NCBI RefSeq assembly: GCF_006345805.1
Contig: NC_043013.1
Span: 25,854,001-25,918,000 of the forward strand
Origin: Octopus sinensis
Taxonomy: Eukaryota
DNA: 64,000 nucleotides
Direction of reading: 5' to 3'
The position numbers were made by a program, and so were the translations under genes. Below the pieces are notes generated by a model, which saw only the letters and a list, made by a program, of their open reading frames with translations, searched no databases and was not told where the DNA came from. Every line of letters starts with the position of its first letter. Positions within the stretch are counted from its first letter, which is position 1. This document shows positions 52,255 to 64,000 of this stretch, one piece after another.

Positions 52255-52603
52255 ACGCAGGAATGATTGCGTGGTAAGAAGCTTGCTTCCTAAGCACATG
52301 GATCCGGGTTCAGTGTGGTACCTTGGTCAAGTGTCTTCTGCTATAGCCTCGGGCCGACCAAAGCCTTGTGAGTGGATTTGGTAGGTGGAAACTGAAACAT
52401 ATGTGTGTGAGTGTGTGTCTGTGTTTGCTGCCCACCACCACTTGTCAGCCGGTGCTGGTTTGTTTCTGTCCCCGTAGCTTAGCGGTTTGGCAAAAGAAAA
52501 TAAATACCAGGCTTAAGAAAAATATGTTCTGGAGTCGATTCGTTCGATTAAAAATTCTTGGTGCTCTAGCATGGCCTGAGTCTAATAAGTTACACAAGAA
52601 AAA
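52255..52603 (+). mobile_element. CORE-like tRNA SINE (41311 family)
   Basis: GACGCAGGAATGATTGCGTGGTAAGAAGCTTGC head. Confidence 0.85.
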
Positions 52604-52734
52604 GATATAATATACACACACACATACATACATGCATACGTACATTACATACATGCATGCATGACATACATACATACATACATACATAACATACATACAT
52701 ACATACCTATATATATATATTATATATATATATC

Positions 52735-52765
<31 letters not shown>

Positions 52766-53460
52766 CGCACGCACACACACACACACACACACACATACCC
52801 ACAAACATTATGCGCGCGCACATGTGTATAGTTCAATTCGTATATTATTAACGTATTATTTTTAATTGCGTAATAAAAATTCTTCAAATAATAATAATAA
52901 TCATAATAATAATAATCGTTATCGATAACGTTTTAAAAATAGATTGTTTTGAAACAAGAGCGATAAATATTGACGAAATAAACCTGTGATTCTCTCGGTA
53001 TTTCTTAAAGCACGTGTTATCAGTTGTGTTTGGCTGCTTCAGAGTATGTGAATATTGTTGTCAGAACGAATGACCCTGGTTAAGCATGAGTAATTGAAGG
53101 TTATCAAGTCAATTAGGTGTACACAGTTGGTTATCTTATGGAATAATGCGGAAAATAACACGATAATCGTTATCGGGACATGAATCTGTTTTAACATGAG
53201 TAATCAAAGAATTTCAATATTCAATCAAAAAGATGAAAATTACTCTGCTGCTATGACTGGATTAAATTAACACGTGCACCAATCACACGGACAGCATTCG
53301 ACTTTTTTCTAGCCAAAGGATTTTTAAATCAATATTTATATGGTATTAGTTGTAGCTTTATTTACTTCGAGTTTCACCGTTAAAACGAATTTTATATATG
53401 TGTGTGTGTGTGTGTGTGTGTATGTCTATATGTTCGTATATATGTGAACTATATATGATA

Positions 53461-53516
<56 letters not shown>

Positions 53517-53545
53517 CATCTATCTATCTATTCTATATATATATA

Positions 53546-53584
<39 letters not shown>

Positions 53585-53725
53585 AGGAATCATTAAAATT
53601 TTCTTTCATTCGAGCATTCTGCATTTTTACAATTTTTCCTTGCTTATCATTTCTCCACGTGCGGTCAAACACACACCCACCATTTATTGATCTATATATA
53701 TTATATATATAGATATATATATATA

Positions 53726-53785
<60 letters not shown>

Positions 53786-54342
53786 TTTGAATTTTATTCT
53801 CACCAATGCCACCGTGAGCGCTACGCCATCGTACAAGGTGGATAATACACGACCACCTTTGCCTAGACGACCTTAAGATCAAATTTAGAATTCTTCCAAA
53901 GACGAACCCTGTGCCATACACAAATATATATATATATATAAGAAACAAGTTTAAAATAATGGTCATTACATAGAATTCCTTTATTTAAGCAAATCTGGCT
54001 TACAGTTGTTTCCAGTAGTCATTATAGGTACATTACTGATAAGTTTCCTCAATTGGTTTATTGAGCAACTGAGGCAAATTGAACAACTTAAGAAAATTAA
54101 TGCTACTTTCGTCAGGGTCATTTTTGGATATAGCAAAAAGAGCACTTGAGGAATGGCTATTGCGTGGGGAAGGTGGGGATAGATGGAGATGTTGAAGTAG
54201 AATAGAGAACAGGGATGACAAGTTACAAAGAGGTGGAATCAAGTGAGTGGTTCAGGAGTCACTTAGTAGAAGTAGGGGCAGTGTATTACTAAATTTGGAT
54301 GAGGGATATTCTCAAACATGGGTCATCACCCATTACCATATA

Positions 54343-54632
<290 letters not shown>

Positions 54633-54671
54633 TGACCGAGGGGGAGTCTCCCATATATATATATATATATA

Positions 54672-54950
54672 CCGGAGTAAACACATAAATGTGAAACAAG
54701 GTGGAAAAAAGAGTACTCAAATACCAGTGGTAGAGTAATATGCTTTATTTAAAGCAGCAGAAAATTCAACAAAATCTGTTACTCTGAGTTTCTCGTTGCC
54801 GTTTATCAGACAGTTTTTGCTAGAATGGAACCGATATATCATTGGAATTGATATATCGGTTCCATTCTAGCAAAAACTGTCTGATGAACGGCAACGAGAA
54901 ACTCAGAGTAACAGATTTGTTGAATTTTTGCTGCTGCTTTAAATAAAGTA
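54672..54950. mobile_element. PLE-like terminal repeat folded into a 210-bp palindrome
   Basis: Arms 54741-54841 and 54849-54950 with a 7-nt spacer; (TA)n on both sides. Confidence 0.8.
54874..54918 (+). ncRNA. Minimal type I hammerhead motif
   Basis: AAAACTGT-CTGATGA-ACGGCAACGA-GAAA-CTCAGAG-TA-ACAGATTT; stem III ACTC-A-GAGT, GUA triplet. Confidence 0.7.
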
Positions 54951-54961
54951 TATATATATAT

Positions 54962-54993
<32 letters not shown>

Positions 54994-55287
54994 ATATATA
55001 TGAACTTTAATCCCTATAACAGAATGCAATAGAGCATTTCCCTGATGATCACTTGTAGTTAGACATCCAAATGCACTTGGAATATCCGATGCCGAGAGTC
55101 CAATGGTGAAACGTACGTAGGAACTAAATATTTATATATAGGCGTTCATCTGAATTTCCACTACGCATGTTTTGTGTATCATAACTAGTGACATGCTGAA
55201 CTCAGCGGTTCGACTAACTGGATATCGATAATCTTCGTGGACCTCTAATCATATAGTGCTTATCGCAATTCCAACACTACACGCATA

Positions 55288-55320
<33 letters not shown>

Positions 55321-55337
55321 GATATATATATATTATA

Positions 55338-56068
55338 TCTTATATATAATAAAAACTGAGAATGTGTGTCTGTCTGTCTGTGTGTTTCCCTACACTTGAG
55401 AACTACCCAACCAATTTCATTCAAATTTTACATATGCCCTACTTAGGATCCACGTAGTTTCATGGGCAAAAAAAATGTTCAACTTCTTGCCTAGAGCGAG
55501 CCAAGCAATATCATATCTTCTCCACTATTTCAGTATACGTGTTAAAAGTGAAACAAAAATATTCTCTATTTTATGTCAGATGCTTTCACTTTAACAATAA
55601 AAATAATAACAATTGAATTATATGTAGTAAGTAATAATTAAAATCAAACTAAAGTATAATATAATCGTATTATAAAAGTATAATATAATCGCATATGCGA
55701 GCAAAAAGTAAAAATAGCAATTGATATAAAATTGCATTAATGATTTGAACTTGAATAAGTGGTTTCACATCAATGGGAATAAATTAAAAATAAAATTAGC
55801 ATTCAGAAATGGAAAAGTCCAGATGGATAATAAAAAATTAAATTAAAGAAAAGACTATTGTCTATAAAGTATACAATGTAGAGAAAAAAAGAGTCTGTTA
55901 TATATTTTGAGTATTGTTATCACTAGCGATATCAAGATATAACTTTGTATTTTGCATTTTATGTGTAGATGTATATATATAGATGTACATGTAATATGTA
56001 CACATATATATACACATATATACATGCACTAGCACTACGACCCGGCAACGACGGGTCTTTAATGCTAG
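55338..56068 (+). mobile_element. Non-autonomous Helitron
   Basis: A|TCTTATATATAATAAAAACTGAG ... GACCCGGCAACGACGGGTC hairpin ... CTAG|T. Confidence 0.9.
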
Positions 56069-56087
56069 TATATATATACATATATAG

Positions 56088-56510
56088 TCTTTTATTCTTT
56101 TACTTGTTTCAGTCATTTGACTGCGGTCATGCTGGAGCACCGCCTTTAGTCGAACAAATCAACCCAGGACTTATCCTTTGTAAGCCTAGTACTTATTCTA
56201 TCGGTATCATTTGCCGAACCGCTAGCTTACGGGAACGTAAACATACCAACATCGGTTGTGAGGTGATGGTGGTGGTGGTGGGGTCAAACATAGACGCACA
56301 AATACATACATACATACATACATACACACAAACACACACACATATATATACGACGGGCTTCTTTCAGCTTCCGTCTACCAATACCACTCACAAGACTTTG
56401 GTCGGCCCGAGACTATAGTAGAAGGCACTTGCCCAAGGTACCATGTAGTGGGACTGAACCCAGAACCATGTGTTGGGGAGTAACCTTATTACCACACAGT
56501 CACGGCTACG
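56088..56510 (-). mobile_element. CORE-like tRNA SINE (41311 family), full length
   Basis: Reverse complement of the 41311 element. Confidence 0.9.
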
Positions 56511-57964
56511 CATATATGTATATATATATATATATATTATATATATATATATTATAATATATATATATATATATCTCTATGTGGTGTGTGTGTGTGTGTG
56601 TGTGTGGTGTGTACATATTGTAATATATGCATGTATATACATAGATACACCCACACAACACGCACGTGCGCGCTCGTACACACCACACCACACACCACAC
56701 ACACACACTTATATCATTTCCTGTGTATGTGTGGTTTTACAAAAGACGCCATTTATTGAGAGACTGTGTATAAGTTACACAACGTATTGAGTTACAGACA
56801 AAAAAAACAACCTTCTCAATTTCTAAGAGGTCGCTATTTCTATCACTTTAAATATAATGCTTCGCTTGAGAATAATGCAATTTAGAACTTCATTACATGT
56901 AATGTCATCTTTCAAAATAATGTAGGCGTAAAACACAAAATGAGGACCTTTTCAGTAACAGGAGCAAATTGAAAATGCAAGAACTGTACTGAAAACTAAA
57001 AACTAGGTTAACATACGCATTTATAGGTGTTCAAAATATATTAAATTGATGTAAATGACGTATTTTATTTCTAATTTTGGTTATAAATTTTGAGGGGAGG
57101 GGTAAGTAGATTACATTGACACCAAAGTTCATCTGGCAATTTATTTTATAGGACGAAAGGCGGATCTTTGTAGTTTTCGTCCCTGTTTACAATTAGTTTA
57201 AGAACATTTTTTACTGTATCATATAGATGTAATATTTGACGCTGAATCCAAATTTGTTATTCATTTATTCCAGAAAAAATTTGCAAAAATGTTACAGGTG
57301 TTCAAAGCTTGATAATTTTCAGAATTTTCAATCAATCAGAAAACAGCGCGTTCGCTGCCTCTTCCATCAGGGTGTTGGGCATCGACATGTCAAATCATGA
57401 AACTAGCTACAGTAAACAAACCAACGGAAGTTGCTAGAAATAACAGTCAAAACATTAAAATATACACGAGCAAAGTTAGCATTAAAGCATACGCGAGCAA
57501 ATTAAATATTTAAAAGCTACGAACAAACCAACAGAAGTTGCTAGAAATAACAGCCAAAACATGGTTTAAAACAGACATTTATTAGTTTAAAAAATTCAAG
57601 AACGACAGTTTGCAATACACTCTAGGATTTTATAAACTAAATTACTTTTCTCATATCTCCTTCTCCACATAAATTCACAAAAATAAGAGTCAACCATGAA
57701 TTGGCGTGTTCCACACCGACGTTTGTTTCCTACACTCCTTGTCCGCATGCGCAGCATATTTGGTTACTATGGAAGCAGAGTGTAAAATACTCGCTTCTGA
57801 TTGGCTAAAATATCCAAATTTTGCAAATTTTAAAGGCTAATAACTCTTTTTGATTTGATAGACGGAAACTGAAAGAAACCGGTCGTATATATATATAATA
57901 TATTAATAAATAAAACATATGTATATATATATATATATATATATACATATATGTACGTACCTAA

Positions 57965-58500
57965 ATCTACATGTATACATACACGCATATATGAGTACGG
58001 GACACCAAAAAAACGTCGAACACAATGAGAAACGAAAACAAAGACACAAACACAAGGAACTGGACATTTTTCTTAAACAACAAAATAGTAGAGTACAGGA
58101 CAAATGACACAAGGAAAAAAAACCCTTCTTCAGTCGCCATGGTTTCATCTACTCTACGTTTCGAAGGTGAAGGCAAGACGTATCTTCGATAAGAAACTTT
58201 CCTTCCTGCGAAAAGCAAATCAAATAAATTTTGAGATCATTTTGCAGAGGGGTAAAATGGTAACAAAACCAGGACAGTAAACAGTACAAAATATAGAGCA
58301 GTAAAAGGCAGACAAGGAAAATAACAAGACAAGAAGGGCTTTTAACGCCGAACGAACGAAAAAAAATTATTACGAACGCTAATTTCTGTGAACGGCGAAC
58401 GGAGCAAAGAAAATTGCCGTCCACAACCCCAAGAAGGTCAGGCTAGAAAGACAGTAGCGGAGCTCTCGTCGCGGGTCAACGACGGGAGGGAGAAGGAGGA
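57965..58500 (-). mobile_element. Probable PLE-like terminal region with degenerate HHR
   Basis: Minus strand CTTATCGAAG...CTTCGAAACGTA at ~58155-58195; core damaged. Confidence 0.35.
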
Positions 58501-58799
58501 GCAAGAGAAAGGGAGAGAAGAAAGGGGAATGGTTGTGAGGAAACCATGAAGAATGAGAGAGAGGGAGGGAGAGAGAGTGAAGAATGAGAGAGAGGGAGGG
58601 AGATAGAGTGAAGAATGATAGAGAGAGAGACAGTTAAGTAGAAGAAAAGGAAATCAAAGAATTAGGGCTGAGAAAGAGATGGGACAGAAAGGTTAAGAGT
58701 GCGCATCAAAATTAATAACAAGAACAATCTTACTTAGAAAGGGATGCGTGCGTTCCGTTTTATCTCAAGATTGATCAGTTAGGTTTGGCCCAGGGTTAA

Positions 58800-59178
58800 G
58801 CAATTCTTTCTAATTTTCGTACGAGATCAGCAATTTTGAGGGGAAGTGAAGTCAATTATATCGAACCCATTGTTCAACTTAAAGACAGACGAAATACTGC
58901 TAAGCATTTAGTCCGGCGTGCTAACGATTCTGTCCAATGCCTTATAATGGTTTCAAATTTTGACACAAGGCCAGCAAGTTCGAGCCCAGTGCACAACTGG
59001 TACGTATTTTATCGAACCCGAAGGATGCGAAGGAAAATCGACCTCGGCGAAATTTGAATTCGGAATGTAGAAATGGAGAAAAGCATTTTGTCCGGACAAA
59101 ATGCCGCTAAGCACTTAGACTGGTCTGCTGACAATTCCACCAGTTCGCTGCCTTAGTAATGGTCTCAAATTTTGGTAC

Positions 59179-59253
<75 letters not shown>

Positions 59254-59254
59254 A

Positions 59255-59311
<57 letters not shown>

Positions 59312-59460
59312 GAGAGAGGGTCAATTTCAGTGATCCCAGTGCTCAAGCAGTACTTACTTTATCGATCTCGGCGGAATTTGAACTCAGAATGTAAAGACAG
59401 ACGGAATATCACTAAGCATTTTACTCGGTGCGCAAACGATCCTGCCGGTTCACCGCCTTT
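58800..59460 (-). mobile_element. Cluster of diverged Nin/Deu-domain-like SINE fragments
   Basis: Repeated ACCTCGGCG(A/G)AATTTGAA motifs at ~59041 and ~59367. Confidence 0.7.
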
Positions 59461-59508
59461 GTGATGATGATGATGATGATGATGATAATAATAATAATAA
59501 TAATAATA

Positions 59509-59538
<30 letters not shown>

Positions 59539-59539
<1 letters not shown>

Positions 59540-60015
59540 TGTCTTGGTATAAAATATGGGCTACAGCAAATATTATGCTCAATACCACAGATTTGCTTGT
59601 CAATTGTTTGATCTTAAACAGTTGAGCATGTCCCTTAGTGGCTGACAATATATGCATCTCTGATCATGAGCATAAGTAGTGGGGAAGCAGCATAACCATG
59701 GTTGAGAGGGATTCTCTGGGGTTTGAATAATTCACCTCTGGAAACATGGGTGTTTTGTTCAACATCCTTAAACAACCCTTATTCAGGGACCTTTTGAGCG
59801 GGATGGGTTCCTCGACTAGAAGAAAATTCTAACTGGGCCCCACCTGCAAGTTCATGTGCTGTTTATCTTGATATGAGATCACTTTGTCGCGCACATATGG
59901 TTGTGATGCATGTGCCTAGTGTACCGTTATCAGACGAGTAGTCATGATGGGTATACTGGGCTTCGTGTATTTTAGCACCAGTGTCACTTTGAGTGCATGC
60001 ACTGCTCTCTCACTC

Positions 60016-60016
<1 letters not shown>
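59539..60016 (-). mobile_element. Copy of the 31204 (ATT)n-bounded repeat
   Basis: Reverse-complement match, lacking the last ~70 bp. Confidence 0.85.
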
Positions 60017-60059
<43 letters not shown>

Positions 60060-60061
60060 TA

Positions 60062-60410
60062 TAATCCTTTCTACTATAGGCACAAAGCTTGGATTTTGTG
60101 GAGAGATGGACAATCGATCACATCGACCCCAGTATATGACTGGTAATTAATTTATCGACCCCGAATAGATGAAAATAATAATAATAATAATAATACTTTC
60201 AAATTTTTCCACAAGGGAAGTAATTTGGGGGCGTGGCGATGAGTCGATTACATCGACCTCCAATGTTCAACTGACAACTATTTTATCGATCCCGAAAGGG
60301 ATGAAAGGAAAAGCTGACCTCGGCGGAATTTGAACTTAAAGCGTGAAGACGGACGAAATGACGCTGAACATTTCGCCCGGCGCGGTAATGACTTTACCAG
60401 CTCACCGCCA
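60062..60410 (-). mobile_element. Two Nin/Deu-domain-like SINE copies
   Basis: Family body twice on the minus strand. Confidence 0.75.
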
Positions 60411-61313
60411 TCCCCTGAGGTTAAGCAGTAACAATTCTAGTATTTACATGCTCGCTGCAAGAGGCTCAAAACAATCCGTGTGTTATATAAAAAGCTGTTA
60501 TCAAACATTAATCCCACCTAATTGGTGGGTTTTTTTGTTTCTTATTTCGTTTTTGTATCAGATTTATCTGATAATGAAGCAGCTATTACGGTGTCATTAC
60601 TTAAAAACATCTCTGTTTGACGATAATAATCGCTTTAACGAAATATAATTTCCTATTCCCAGTTTTCAAATCAAATATCTGCTGTGTGTGTGTGTGTGTG
60701 TAAGTGCATGTGTGCGTTTGTGTATGGATATGTGTGTGCGTGTATGTGTGTGTGTGTGGTGATTATGGCAAACAGATAAATTTTCCTAAATTTTAAGCAA
60801 CGAACAAATTTCCTTGCTTCTTTTATTTGTTTCTTTATTTATGTATTTGAAAAAAAAAACGAAATTATTTCTTAATTTATTTTCATTTTTTTAAAAATTC
60901 CACCCGGAAAAAGTCTGTTCTTTTGTTATCACTGTACAAGTTGAGCACTGGATTCGGTGCAGTCGAATAGCTCCCCCACCCTACCCCACACGCCCCCAAA
61001 AGGAAATTTCAGGCCTTGTGCCCATGCAGAGGAAATGCTTAAAGGTATTTCTGGCGGTTATGCGTTCTGAGTTCGAATTCCGCCCAAGTCCACTTTGCCT
61101 TTCGTGTTTTACATTGACATACATCTTGAATAATTCACCTTTGGAAACATGGGTGTTTCATTCAACATTACTAAACAACCCTTATTCGGGGGCCTTTTGA
61201 GCTGGTTGGGCTACTCGATCTGGGTCCCACTTGCAAGGTCATGCTTAATTGGTAAATAATTACCAGTTGAACACTGGGGTCCCTCAAACTTGCAAGTCTT
61301 TTACCATTATCAT

Positions 61314-61792
61314 TGAGTGAGAGTGCAGTGCATGCCATCAAAGTGACACTGGGGTATGAATATACGAAACCCAATATACCCATCATGACCCGTCTGATAA
61401 GAGTTCACCTGGCATATGCAACCAAATGTGCGCGAAACGGTGAACTCATATCAAGATAAACAGCACGTGACCTTGCAGGCGAGACCCAGTTAGAATTTTC
61501 TTCAGAACGAGTAGCCCAACTCGTTCAACAGGTCCCTGAATAAGGGTTGTTTAGGGATGTTAAATGAAACACCCATGTTTCCAAAGGTGAATTAGTCAAA
61601 CTCCAAAGAATTCCTCTCAACACATGGCTATGGTGCTCCCCCACTAAGGGACACTCTCAACTGACAAGCAAATATGTGGTATTGAACAGAATATTTACTG
61701 TAGCTAATCTTTTATACCAAGACAAAACAATGTACATGATAACGCTTCTACTCAGTTAAGATCAAAAACCATCAGAGTCACTGCTTGGTACT
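61314..61792 (+). mobile_element. Copy of the 31204 (ATT)n-bounded repeat
   Basis: Direct match with an internal deletion. Confidence 0.85.
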
Positions 61793-61834
61793 GAATCATA
61801 TTATTATTATTATCATTATTATTATTATTATTAA

Positions 61835-61869
<35 letters not shown>

Positions 61870-62008
61870 TATTATTATTATTATCATATCGATCCCAGTG
61901 CGTAAATAAGTACCAGTTATGCACTGGGTCGATGTAATCTACTTAAACCCTTTGTCTGTCATTGTTTTACCCTCTATGTTTAGCTCCCTGTGGACAATAA
62001 ATAAATAA

Positions 62009-62085
<77 letters not shown>

Positions 62086-62086
<1 letters not shown>

Positions 62087-62535
62087 CAGTAGTTTTATTT
62101 TTTATAGCGTGCTTTCACTTCACTACCGAGCGCAGCTCTGTGTGCCTTGGGTATGTGCTGTGATTTGTTGTGATACTCTGATGGTTATTGTATGGAAAGT
62201 GTTCTGCGTAGGATGTGTGCAGTGCCTAGTAGTGCAATTTTCTGTATGTTATATGTGTTTGTAAGTCCTGGTGTTTTTATTATGTATTTGTCTGAATATT
62301 TTTTTATCATGCCTAATGCACCTACTGTGATAGGATTTGTTTCTTCTGTTTTTAGATTCCACATTCTGGTTACCTCCATTTCCAGGTCTTTGTATTTTGA
62401 AAGTTTCTCCATTTCTTTTAGAACACTTTGTCATCTGCCGTATTGATACATCAATTAGAAAGCATTTTTTTCTTCATGATCTCTGACAACTATATCTGGT
62501 CTGTGGCCTTAATTTCTCTATCTCTATCGGTGTGT
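62086..62535 (-). mobile_element. 5'-truncated R4/Dong-like LINE in (TAA)n
   Basis: Frameshifted HRPDIVVRDHE..LIDVSI..EMEKLSKYKDLEMEVTRMWNLKT..ALLGTAHILRRTLSIQ* (RPD..D..K restriction-like endonuclease). Confidence 0.92.
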
Positions 62536-62545
62536 ATTATTATTA

Positions 62546-62583
<38 letters not shown>

Positions 62584-62594
62584 TATTATTAATT

Positions 62595-62632
<38 letters not shown>

Positions 62633-62635
62633 AAT

Positions 62636-62922
62636 TCAGTAGTTTTATTTTTTATTACGTGCTTTCACTGCACTACCGAGCGCAGCTCTGTGTGCCTTGG
62701 GTATGTGCTGTGGTTTGTTGTGGTGCTCTTATTTTCACTGTATTGAAAGTCTTTTACGTAGGATGTGTGCGGCGCCTGCTAGAGCTATTTTCTGTATGTC
62801 ATATGTACTTGTGAGTCCTGGTGTTTTTGTTATGTATTAGTCTGGATGTTTTTTTAATCATACCTACTGCGCCAACTATAACAGGAATTGTCTCTGTTTT
62901 TAGGCTCCACATTCGAGTTACC
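62636..62922 (-). mobile_element. 5'-truncated R4/Dong-like LINE, diverged subfamily
   Basis: Same 3' end (TCAGTAGTTTTATTT) but many substitutions relative to 62086. Confidence 0.88.
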
Positions 62923-62941
62923 GCTATCAATGATTATTATT

Positions 62942-62977
<36 letters not shown>

Positions 62978-63199
62978 ATTATTATTATTCAGCTGGCATC
63001 AAAACGAGAATAATCAATTAAAAAGAAAACTTCATAAAAATTATCATCAAGCTGTTATTATTAAATATATATTTGTAGAATGTATTGGTTTTATGGCATA
63101 TCACCTTGGCACAGAGAAAACATTGACTGAACACCAAGCAAGCAGGCGGCATCCATATAGGTAGGGTGTGTGGTGTACATATTCAGGATATGATCAAAC

Positions 63200-63350
63200 A
63201 ATCCCAAAAGCAATATCCGGCCTTGTCATCCGAGTTTTATATTCTATTTCTGTCTACATTTGCAGCTAATCCTCTGGCAAACAGTTTTGCCATATTCCGT
63301 GTTCATCTGTTTCACTGTCTCATTTCCATAAAGTCTGCATTGGAACTAAA
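63200..63350 (-). mobile_element. Possible decayed RTE fragment
   Basis: Frame-broken VP..LYGNET motif. Confidence 0.35.
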
Positions 63351-63740
63351 ATTGAGAGAACCTTTCAATGTAACTTTAGCGTGTTTCTGACCAACTTACA
63401 TTACAACGTCTATTAGTATGTATTATGTATGTATGTATGTATGTATGTATGTATGTATGTATGTATGTATACGGACACAGATCATGTGCCGATAGCCAGC
63501 AGGAAAATGTGCTTTCCTGGAGCTAAAAAGTAGTAACATCATCCTCCGCAGGACTGCCACTTTGCGTTGGTAAACAGACTTTACCATATATATATATGTA
63601 TATATTATATATATATATCTATATATATATATTATATATATATATTATATATATATAATATATATATATATATGTTATATATATATATATATTATATATT
63701 TTATTATTTAATTTATTTTATATTTACACCACAACACACA

Positions 63741-64000
63741 CAGAGTAATGCCTCTATATACGAGTTAATTTGTTCCTGGAGACCGCTCGTAAGCGAAAAC
63801 TCGTAAAAGCTGAGCAATAATTTCCCATAGTAGCAATGTTATAAATCGTAATTCGTTCCCAGAAAAATATTTTACCTATAGAATTTATAATACTCGTAAA
63901 TAAATGGCAACAAAACAACAGTAGAAAGTAAAGAATGTTCTATGTAAACTGAGTATTCAAGTGTTTCTTAATGAAACTTTTCCAAACCGGTGGAGTGAAA
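63741..64000 (+). mobile_element. Tigger/pogo-type MITE left end
   Basis: CAGAGTAATGCCTCTATATACGAGTTAATTTGTTCC..CTCGTAAGCGAAAACTCGTA resembles Tigger termini; the other end is not in the window. Confidence 0.55.

Overview
Eukaryotic, AT-rich, repeat-saturated window. The SINE families and dense (TA/CA/ATT/TATC)n microsatellites suggest an octopus (cephalopod) genome; this is inferred, not verified. I can support no intact host protein-coding gene, so it reads as intergenic or giant-intron DNA, and most listed ORFs are microsatellite artefacts. Content: (1) dozens of tRNA-derived SINEs of several families (Nin/Deu-domain-like and CORE-like). (2) Decayed LINE fragments (R4/Dong-type in (TAA)n, RTE, CR1/L2) and an apparently ORF1-only CCHC element nested in a SINE. 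(3) Penelope-like element (PLE) GIY-YIG fragments. (4) At least five families of minimal type I hammerhead ribozyme (HHR) motifs in tandem or inverted PLE-like repeats, one fused to a tRNA-like Pol III promoter. (5) Non-autonomous Helitrons, hAT, Tc1, Tigger and MULE-like DNA elements and foldback MITEs. (6) A 2.3-kb G-rich 30-bp minisatellite apparently born from a SINE tail. All coordinates and alignments were made by eye and are approximate by a few bp.
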